Below are positions 10,904-20,000 of a stretch of DNA of 20,000 nt, piece by piece. Numbering within the stretch: position 1 is the stretch's first letter; every line of letters starts with the position of its first letter. The DNA is from Tricharina praecox (lineage: Eukaryota), in the NCBI RefSeq assembly GCF_024521635.1, contig NW_026250440.1, positions 178,950 to 198,949 on the forward strand. Direction: 5' to 3'. The position numbers were made by a program, and so were the translations under genes. The notes below the pieces were generated by a model. That model was not told the origin of the DNA. It searched no databases and worked only from the letters and a program-made list of their open reading frames with translations.

Positions 10904-11448
10904 AATGCAGCACCGATTGATGGCTTGTGCATGCGGAACTCGTTGTTGGTGGAATAGGAAATTGTTTCTGGGCTACCCATCCGTACTCTCCATAGCACCT
11001 AGAATATCCACGTGAGCATACCTCCAGAAGTACTATCGACAAGGGTGGCTGGTTGAGCTGTTGGAATAGTACCGTTTACCGATATTCCGCTAGAGAGGTG
11101 GTATGCCTGTGGAATTGGCCTGCCTGTCGAACCCGCTCAGACTTTAGGAGAGGAGTTTATGGATGATTGGTTAGCGTCTGAGCGGGTTCGACAGGTAGGC
11201 CAATTCCACAGGCATACCACCTCTCTAATCAGGCAACTTGACGGTGTGCGTAAGGGCAGCTACCCAGTGGAAAGCTTCTGTAAGTGCCCACAACATGTGG
11301 CGCCGCGCCGCCGTCAGCCACTGGTGCGTGAGTGTTGGTAGACTTCCTGTAGAGTAATGGTACCCGTATTGTGCCTCTGGTTTCAGAGCCGGATCCCTGG
11401 TAGCGAGTATACGAGAAAACATTCCGGTCTGACCACAGAGAAGGTGGC

Positions 11449-11509
11449 GAAGAAGAAGAAGAAGAAAAAGAAGAAGAAAAAGAAGAAGAAAAAGAAGAAG
11501 AAGAAGAAG
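11449..11509. repeat. (AAG)n microsatellite with periodic AAA interruptions; 61-nt homopurine tract
   Basis: gaagaagaagaagaagaaaaagaagaagaaaaagaagaagaaaaagaagaagaagaagaag; source of the poly-K/poly-F ORFs. Confidence 0.95.
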
Positions 11510-11953
11510 CGTCTCTTGAGTCTTGAGTACGACTGGTAGGGTTGCCAAGATCGTATCTGCATGGACGGGAGGTTCGGTGTCCCCGTAAGAAGGGCGGGAA
11601 TCTTCAAGAAAGAGCAAAGTAGAGTACTCTACTAGAGTACCTACCCTGTTGTGTAGCCTGAAAGTCTCATGTAGCGAACAAATCACAGCCTTCAAATCCT
11701 GTGTGACGGTTCCGAAGGCTGCGTTTATACATGAACTGGCAGCTACACGAACCCGAACGAGGAACCAGAGGCGCCTACATAATAACTAACAGACAGTCTA
11801 AGTAGACTTTGGTCCCCGTGCGCCTCATATTCTGGTCCTTGGCCATGGCGATCATTCCAGGCCTGGAAATGGGGGCTGGGATTCGTGTCGACAGTGAAAA
11901 TATATGTTGAGAGGAGACCCGTCTCCTACCGTACACCGCAGTGTCGCCCCGGC

Positions 11954-12758
11954 TCATCCCCTAGTAAACGGCAGTCCCTTATTGATGCGTTTGTCCGTTC
12001 CATTCAGCAACATTTCGGACTGTACTTGATACGAGCGATACTGGATGTCGAACAGCCCCGCCACCGTGGTGTTCTCGCTCGTAGCACTTTGCCAGATGTC
12101 GAAAATACCCGCGGGAATTTCTGCGGTCACATCTAGATTTGGCCCACGGGTATTCGTTCCATTTGCGGTCCTTCCCGGCGGCCACGACTGTCCCGGGCAC
12201 GGCATCGAAAACGCGCCACACAGCCGCGTGAAGCCGTACTCATCCCTCTCGGGAATGCCGACACCGAACGGGCCATCGTCGCGCACATACTCGAAGGGGC
12301 GGACCCTCGAGTGCTTCCCCGCAATCTGCTCTGAGAGGCCGAGAGGCGTGACTACTCCGGCAATAGCCAGGAAAACTAGCCCGAGTGCACTGAATATCCG
12401 CAGCGCGGTCACCCGTCCGTTCACGTTGTGGAAGTTGGTCGAGTCCGCGGACAGGATCGTCGGCCAGAACGTGGCGTGCACGAAGCGGCAGACGACGGAC
12501 CTAAGGAGCTTAGAGGTTGATCGACATCGGGCTGCCGCCGGATGCAAGCACGTACCATGTTGCGGCCGTGTTGCCTTTGTTGAGCACTCCGGCTAGGACA
12601 AATACCAGCAGCAGTGGAAACGTGATTTGAGCTTCGGATTCGGTCGGGTCAGTCCTGGGTACATAGTCGTCGGGGATGGTGAGATGGAGCGAGTACAGAC
12701 CGATGAGGATTGCAAAGTTGATGGCACCGGACACTTGACCAACCGTGATGTCGGTCAT
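11954..12758 (-). pseudogene. Inverted N-terminal third of a fungal multi-pass membrane glycoprotein of unknown function; exons 12758-12701, 12631-12556, 12500-11961
   Basis: ATG in gcaagATG context. Two introns (gtctgt..actgac..aag; gtacgt..ctaag..tag) give MTDITVGQVSGAINFAILIAQITFPLLLVFVLAGVLNKGNTAATWSVVCRFVHATFWPTIL...AGVVTPLGL...FDIQYRSY...INKGLPFTRG, with three hydrophobic segments. It ends at the inversion breakpoint. Confidence 0.8.
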
Positions 12759-12768
12759 CTTGCTGCAG

Positions 12769-14422
12769 AGAGGCTCCTTCCGCATGTTCGATTCGCTGGC
12801 TTTGAATAACAGATACGGTATCATCGAGGGCCTAGTTGTTGACACCATAAATGGCGGCATCGCATTCCGTAATCATACCATCCCCACAGGACTCTCGCAG
12901 GGCGGCACATGGAAGGAAGACCTGCTTTGGGTCACGCCGGACACCGAGTGCGTCAACATGAACTTAACGCTCGAGTTCGTGATGCGAGGAGAGCTCGGCG
13001 GGCCGGGGCACTACGTCACCCTGCGGGATAACGGGGGGTTCAAGAACTTGGTCAAGGACTATCAATACATCGATCTTAACGATACGCAGGCTCGACCGAC
13101 ACTTGCGGGCCGCGCCTGGAAGGCCGCTTCGTTCAATAACCTGCTGTTGATGAGGTACTTGAACTTGACACGTACCGGAGTGATACCCGAGACCTTCAAT
13201 ATGACCGGTGAGCTGGGAAAGGCCCGGTTGGATCCGTATCAGCTTCGCATGCACGATACCGGCCTTAATCCTCTGCCAGGACTGCCATTCAACGATGAGC
13301 TCGACACCGGTAAGCCTAGGTTCTACATACTACCGTGTATCCTTGTATGTGCTTTGATGCTGATGAGCGTATGGGGATAGATGCCATTGCGGAAGGATAT
13401 GGAGGTGCAGACATCGCCAGCATCAACCGTATCGCAGCGAAAGTGGGTCTCTTGATGGGCATGGCCAGCCCTCTCGGCAACAACATTGCGGCTTCGATAC
13501 GGCGAGAATCCAACACGAACTGGAAGCAACCGCTCTACGTCTGCGCCTCCGCACTGAAGGCTTCGGTGCAAGAGGTGACCTTCGCCGTCAACGGCAGTTC
13601 CATCTCCGACATCCAAGTCATGGACGTTTCCAAAACAGCCCGAGTGAGACTCTGGGCAGTGGAAGACAGCGGGTATGCCATCGCCAACATAGACCCAATG
13701 TGGGGACTAGTCTCGGACGAGTGGGAGGACGCACCGGGCTGTCAATTCTCCGCAGCGACCGACTGTACCTCCCAGCCGGCGCGGGAGGAACCTTCTCCAG
13801 CGGCATCTCATACCAGCCGGATGCGATGGCCGGCACCCACGGGCTGCTCACCGTTCTGAGCGAAACATACACAAAAGTTCTGACCGTCGGCGCGCTTTCC
13901 GCGCCCGAATACCTGCCGGACTACACCGACTTCGTCAGCTACCCGATGTACACACGGTGGCAGAACCTGTCGAAGAGCACCGAGTCCGCCACACTAATCT
14001 TCAACCTCCTCTGGACGGACATCGCCGCGAGCCTGGTGACGGGCAGCAAGCCTCATCTCGCATCATCATCAACAGCATCCGCTGACCCCTCGCGGCCTGT
14101 CCTCGTCTTCGAGCGTCGCATCAAATACGACCTCCGCTACGCGATCCCGGCGATGCTCTTCGCGGCGCTATGGCTGGTCCTCGGGATCGCGTTCCTGCTC
14201 GTCCTGCTGTTCGCTGGCACCAGAGTTGCGCATATCACGCAGCTGCTCAATCACACCGCCACCGGAAGGGTCGTCACGAACATCGTCGCTCCGGATATGG
14301 CCCCGCCTGGGGCGCCGACAAAGGAGTGGGCGAAATCCGCCGGCGTGATGAGTTTTAGGCTGGAGAGTGAGAAGGTTGCCGTCGAGAGGGTGGAGGGGTG
14401 CCTGCCGGCGAAAGGGAGTTAG
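12769..14422 (+). pseudogene. C-terminal two-thirds of the same membrane-protein gene; intron 13310-13380; 1-nt frameshift near 13733-13739
   Basis: RGSFRMFDSL...IEGLVVDTINGGIAFRNHTIP...WKEDLLWVTPDTECVNMNLTL. The G|gtaagc..gctgat..tag|AT intron joins to GYGGADIA...WKQPLYVCASALKAS...WGLVSDEWEDAP. The frame then switches to LSILRSDRLYLP...LWTDIAA...IKYDLRYAIPA + TM + LLNHTATGR. Confidence 0.8.
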
Positions 14423-15895
14423 GTTGCGTACTTATACTTGGTTGGAAGGGGCGGATTTAATAAGATGAGATGTGGTGCGGCATCCAACGGTAACCAGTGG
14501 CCGTGGCCGTGGGAGGCAGGACGGATACGGTATAAATCGCTTATGTAGCGCAAGATATTCAGAGTAAATAAATGATCCCAAAGCTTTAAATGTGGTCACT
14601 CCCGCCGCAAATGTTCATATGTACTCACTCACTACTCAGTCAATGAAGGCAGGTGGCAATGGGTGGTTTCTGTCACCATGGATTTATATTTGTTGAAGTA
14701 TTTGGGTAGAGAGATGGTGATATTCTATTCGGTACAGAAAGAAGTAGATACTGGTATTGCAATATCTCCATCTGATTCTGGGATGGTGGATGGCTGAGAA
14801 CCTATGTAGTTCGAAAGTCTGGGGAAATCGGACCACCCTCTCGGAACCGAATGCATAACTTCGGTACTCTATATAGAGTAGCCTCGCAGTTTTCCAACCA
14901 ATCAGACCCCACAGGCCGATCGTTAACCGAACCCACACCCATACAGGGCTCAGATACGTAGCGTCATTGATGATTGCAGGCGAAGATGCCAATGCTAAAA
15001 ACAACCTCATTGCAGCACCGGGCCCAAGTTAACAATATTAAGGAACTGCATATTGTCGACTGAGCCACAACTTCACAGATTAATCTGCGGACAACCACCA
15101 GTACATCGTTGTCAGAAAATAAGAGCGGCGTGCTGTTGAACATCTGGGATTTCGGACGGGTCATCGGGGGAGATGAGCGTTTGCTTCCGGCTGCGGCTTT
15201 GGTAACCTTCAACTGGTCAGAAACCCCAGGTTGAAACTGAAAATGTAGCTGGTACCTGAGCAGTGTGGGACGCAGCTGGAACTGGCGTCTTGGTAGCACT
15301 TTTCGACCCTTGGCTGCGGACCTTGGGCGGATTTTTCGCCAAGACGTTGGGACTGGCTGTCGTACCTGGGGCTGCAGGGGGGACCTGTTTCTGTTTTGCT
15401 CGTCGATTCTGTTTTGTTTTGGTTGCTCGTGTTCTTCTTGACGGTTGTACGACGATGCGGCGGCGGCCAAAGTTGGCCGATCTGTTATATTTATGTCGGC
15501 GGGTTTGTCTGTCTCTCCCTCATCCTCCATCATCACTATTCTTCACCTATCGATAGTTCATCACTTGATTTCTTTGCTGCTTGCTTTCTTCAAGTCGGCC
15601 GACGGCCGCTCCGGCTCCTGCTCCCTCACTGCCAACCCAACCACAACAATAATCCGACATCATCAATGATCCCAATAATACCTCCCGATTACCCACCCTC
15701 ATACATCACATTAATCCCTGCCAACAACCCGAATCCTTTGGTTCGGTTACTCACCATCTTCCGAGCCCTCCGTACCCTGATATTGAGCGGAGGATAATAA
15801 CCGCCTACTACGCCCGCCACGCACGGGCCAAATGCATCCAATGTCGGTTGGTTCCGGATACCGAACGTTTTCCTTTTCCGAAAGTGGCACGAAAT

Positions 15896-16854
15896 ATGCC
15901 TGGCGAAGCAATTATTGAGTTTGCTCTACCGCGGTTGGTGAGTTCTTCCTTCGGTGCCTACCTATCCCACCGTCCTCATGCTAATTGCAATAGCTTCTAC
16001 CACCTAGCATCGCACCGCAACCTCCCCCGCTACCGGTACTCCCGGTCTTCGCCGTACACTGTGTGTCCTGTGTCGTTCCGTTTCACAATGCTATTCGCAA
16101 CGGAGGTTGGCTTCAGTGGATTGCAAAGGGCTTTGGCCCTTCCTATGATACCTGGGAATGGGCTTCGGCCCTGCCCACGGCAAAGGGTTTTGCGCTGCCG
16201 ACAATCCCCGGTCAGACTACGAAGGCCGGCGGAGCACCGATGCCAATCGCAACGAGGTCCATCTGTCGGCTGTGCTTCACGCATACCTGTCTCACAATCC
16301 TCTTAATTAGGTGCAGAAATACCCCATATGTATGTAGAACCTGTTGTTGTTCTACGTTCAAACGGCTGATAATTGTTTCGGGGATAATAAGATCCTTTGC
16401 TTCGCGCCCGATTGGGTGGGCATCGCTGCTTCCACTCCCACCTGACTGCCTCTCTGTCTGGTACAGAAAACAAACCTCACAAAGCAAAGAAGTTATACTG
16501 GACGGTGAGGATGGCTACTCTATATCCCTGGGGCTTCTCGCCACAGGCCAGGTCTGGATGGATGCGGGAAATCAGGGGGGGCCGCCGAATCATGTATCGA
16601 ATATGTCGTACACTAGGCCGGTCTTTTACATCGCGAGCGCCGCCTACTCCGCAGGGCTTACTGAAGGAGAGCTCTGCCACTATCTTAGCAGTGCGTCAAT
16701 TCGCACCCTAGGACCACCACCCATCCCGCCTCGCACGAGCTCACTTCCACCTGTTACTGGCCGGATGTACAACATGGGAAACTGGAGCTCCGTCTCCCTG
16801 ATTTCATCGTTGTCTTCTGGACCCAGCATGATGAATTTGGTTAGCATCTCATAA
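15896..16854 (+). other. Possible spliced hypothetical gene or gene relic
   Basis: Strong intron 15938-15993 (gtgagt..gctaat..tag) joins MPGEAIIEFALPRL in frame to the 16063-16854 ORF. There is no recognisable family, and a further intron-like signal at 16330-16391 would lead to a stop. Confidence 0.25.
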
Positions 16855-17436
16855 ATCCGGCATGCACACCAACAATCCTGCAAGAAGAATTGAGTTTTGG
16901 CTTTTTAGTCGCTTGCATGTGGAGTGATTGTTTTTCTTATTTTTCTTTAGCACATCGAATCTGAATAGGAGGATGGTCTTGTTCATCTCCCATTGTGCCT
17001 GAAGATATTTTTGTCTAGTGTGAGAGATTCATTGTAATAAAAAGGCGTGGATACTTGGGAGAATCGAGAGTAACTCAATATCATGGTCCGGCGACAATAA
17101 TACCAGTAGTAGATACTGCGCCATATCCCTTTGAATGTTTCCACTGAGTCGAGGTACGGCACGGAGGGGGTGGAGAGACAGGTGGGTGGAGGCAACTTCA
17201 TAGTGTGTACGTTCTGATGTCGGGCTGACGTCAAGTGGTATGGTGAGGTAACTGTGCGGCCGACTAAGAGATCCCTCGCCACTGCCGTACCACCTATGCC
17301 CGTACCACAGGCCAGCCTCCTTCAGCCGGCTGATGTTACCGGTTTCTAGGCTTTGTTGAAAATAAACCAAGCCGAGTGATTTATGGTGAAGATCGGTGAT
17401 GAATTGCCGAGATTTCTCCGGCAAGATGTTACACGA

Positions 17437-17467
17437 GGTCACGTGTGACCAATCATCGTCCCATTGG
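17437..17467 (+). promoter_or_regulatory. E-box (CACGTG) within a GGTCAC-n2-GTGACC dyad plus two CCAAT boxes upstream of MCT1
   Basis: cacgtg 17440-17445, ccaat 17449-17453 and attgg 17463-17467, all 60-90 bp before ATG 17527. These are short motifs and function is not demonstrated. Confidence 0.3.
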
Positions 17468-17526
17468 TTTTCCCCACCATCTTCTCCGCCAGCGCTCCTC
17501 GCACACGACCATCACCATCCTCGACC

Positions 17527-18808
17527 ATGCCGCCAACTCTCCATCTTCGGCTACCGCCACCGCCCCTGAAGTGCCTCTTCAACTTGCGTAGCCAACGCCA
17601 TGCCGTGCGGCACTCCTCGACTGCTGCGTCCACGCCCCCACCGTCGCGACGGCGGCCGAAAACTGCCATGTTCTTTCCAGGTAGAGTACCCATCCCACGC
17701 ACGCACGCACGCGCGCGCTCCTCTGTGTGCCAGGGCTCCCTTTGCTTACACATGTCATGGCGCAACCACAGGCCAGGGCACGCAGAAAGTCGGGATGCTG
17801 ACGCCACTGCTGTCGGCGTTTCCGCGCACGGTAAAGCCGCTGTTCGAGCTCCTGGACGACACGCTGCCGCCGGCGGACGGGCAAGCGCCGCTATCGCGGA
17901 TCATTGCCGAGGGGCCCAACGAGGTCATCACCGCGACGGAAAACGCGCAGCCCGCGATCCTGTTCACGTCGATCGTGATCCTGCGGATCCTTGAGCAGGA
18001 GTTCAACCTCTCGCCGCGCGCGCAGACAGACTTCTTTCTCGGACACTCGCTGGGTGAGTTCACGTCGCTGGTGGCTGCGGGCGTGTTGAAGCTCGAGGAG
18101 GTGCTGCGGCTTGTAAGGCGGCGCGGAGAGGTCATGCGGGACTGCGCGATCCGCGCGTCGATACCGGAGATGGAGGGCGGGCCAGGCGAAACGGGAATGG
18201 TCGCGCTGCTGGTCGAGCAGAAGTACCTTCCCGGGTTAATTGCGAGCGTTGATAGCTTCATGCACTCGGAGACGCTGCCGAATGATGAGTTCCTGAGCAT
18301 TGCGAATATCAACTCGTCCACGCAGATCGTCCTCAGCGGCCACTTGAAGGCGATCAATATGTGCATCTGCCACATTCGGAAGTTTTCTGGACATGACCCG
18401 CGCGCGCTGCGTCTTAATGTCTCGGCCCCGTTCCATTCGATGGTTATGGCGCCTGCTGTCCCGGTCGTCGCGAGGATGCTGCAGGAGATGGAGGTCGTCT
18501 TCCCCCCGCCGGATGGGGCGGAGGTGATCGCTAATGTTACTGCAAAACCTTACGAGTCCGCCGAGCAGTTGAGGCAGCAGCTGGCGATGCAGTGCACAGC
18601 GACCGTCAAGTGGGCGGAGAGCATCAAGTATCTCGATCTCGAGCGGGACGTGGCGCGGTGGATCGGGATTGGGCCGGGTAAGGTGGGGCGGAACTTGGTG
18701 GGTCGCGAGGTTCGGGGCGGCATGAAAAGAGTCGTTGGCGTCGAAGGTAATGACGCCAAGAACCTTGAGGATGCCGTGAAGGCGCTTGAGAGGATGGATG
18801 TCGATTAG
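17527..18808 (+). CDS. MCT1: Mitochondrial malonyl-CoA:ACP transacylase (FabD family), 396 aa; exons 17527-17680 and 17772-18808
   Basis: The intron joins TAMFFPG to QGTQKVGM (family FPGQG motif). TENAQPAI, catalytic GHSLGE, RRRGEVM, ANINSSTQIVLSG, VSAPFHS and IGPGKV are all present. Basic presequence. Confidence 0.95.
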
Positions 18809-19126
18809 TGCGATCCATGTTCTCTATGATGGGCGTTTCGATCGACCGGTGGACTTCTGCAAACTTGCATTGCGTTTCTTTAGATGTTTGGCGTCTTGGT
18901 GGAGCATATATTGAGTGATTTTCCTTTTTTTTCTTTTGGCTATGATAGTGACGGTTGGCACTTTCCTTCTCCTTCTTACTTGGCTCGAGTGGATAACCCT
19001 TTTACTTTTGCTTGTATTTTTACTTTCTCCCACTGTTTTAGGTATATATACCAGCTCATCACGAAATCTAGCTGATGAACACATATGCTTGACGCACACA
19101 ACCCTCTCCCATCTCTCCCACTCTAT

Positions 19127-19966
19127 CTATCTGAGCATGACCATCCCTCCATTGGCACACACAACCTGGCCGGTACAGTACTGCGCATCGGCACTACAAA
19201 GCATGCCGACAATCCCCGCCACCTCCTCGGGCGTTCCCCAGCGCCCTCCAGTCCCCGCGTACAGGTCCACCCGGTCCTTGTAAACGCCCGCCTTCTCGGC
19301 CGCGCTCAGCTGTGCCAGCGGCGTCAGCTGCAGCAGCGGCCGCATCTGGTCGTGGAACTCGGGAGATGTCGTCCCGTACCTGCCCATTGTTCATCAGCCG
19401 CCTATCCTTCAAGGGGGGGAGGGGGGCAACTCACATCCTAGTATCGACCGGCCCGGGATTGATAGCATTAACGGTGGCCCTCTCGGCGAGCTCCCTCGCC
19501 CACGTCCTCGTCATAGCCTCCAGGGCGGCCTTGGTACCACCATAGACGCTCTGCGCCATGAGTCCCATACTCGCGCTGATGCTGCTAACATTCACAATCC
19601 TGCCTGAGCGGTCCTTCGGCAGGGAGTTCACGGCCGCCTGCACCAGCAGCAGCGGACCACGGACATTGACGTCGTACTGCCGCGTGAACTCGTCGGCCGT
19701 TACCGCACCAAGGTAGTGGTTCCCTGACGTGCCAGAGTTGTTGATGATTATGTCGATTTGACGGCCGCCGGCGGCAGCGATCACGGATGAGGGACCGCTG
19801 ACGCTCCCAAGGTCCGCACAGATGATGGAGACGGACACGGATGGGTATTGGCGTGCCAGGCTGCTGTGTACTTCTTTTATTGCCGCGAGAGAGGTGGGAG
19901 AGCTGTGGTTTAGCAGCAGCGAACACCCCTTGCTGGCCAGGTTGTGGGCTACTGCCGCGCCGATTC
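19127..19966 (-). CDS. Classical short-chain dehydrogenase/reductase (FabG-like), 5'-truncated by the window edge; exons 19966-19435 and 19379-19127
   Basis: GIGAAVAHNLASKG (end of the GxxxGIG motif after the acceptor at 19967), IDIIINNSG, VNVSS, catalytic YGGTK, NAINPGPVDT and RWGTPEEVAGIV...CTGQVVCANGG. Intron 19434-19380 is canonical. Confidence 0.93.
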
Positions 19967-20000
19967 CTGCGCGGGGGTTAGCAGAGGCGGGGAAGGGAGA

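Noticed and set aside
11618..11633. Perfect 16-bp palindrome agtagagtactctact (possible hAT excision footprint)
   Set aside because: About 0.3 such palindromes are expected by chance in 20 kb, and there is no independent support.
11225..11695. Poly-K, poly-F and poly-L ORFs
   Set aside because: Artefacts of the AAG microsatellite.
14684..15797. ORFs of 108-190 aa on both strands
   Set aside because: Low-complexity with no recognisable domain, and no consistent spliced model could be built.
16983..17442. Minus-strand ORFs (137 and 99 aa) divergent from MCT1
   Set aside because: No ATG start for the called frames and no recognisable motifs.

Overview
Eukaryotic, intron-containing DNA from a filamentous ascomycete (short GT-AG introns with CTRAY-type branch sites; the lineage call is inference). 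Gene models built by hand: a small orphan protein with six GP(K/R)LL repeats (-); an M20/beta-alanine-synthase-fold protein that has lost essentially all metal and catalytic residues (-); complex I PSST subunit NDUFS7 (-); a secreted, probably GPI-anchored phosphoesterase-family acid phosphatase (-); mitochondrial malonyl-CoA:ACP transacylase (+); and a partial SDR/FabG-like reductase (-). The accessory middle (about 8.3-17.4 kb) holds two inverted copies of a hAT-like MITE whose 8-bp target-site duplication is split between the copies, which suggests the spacer was inverted. It also holds a C27 tract, a 61-nt purine tract, and a membrane-protein gene (about 750 aa reconstructed) whose N-terminal 810 bp are precisely inverted. 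Re-inverting that segment restores the reading frame, although a downstream 1-nt frameshift remains. No rRNA, tRNA or CRISPR array was seen.
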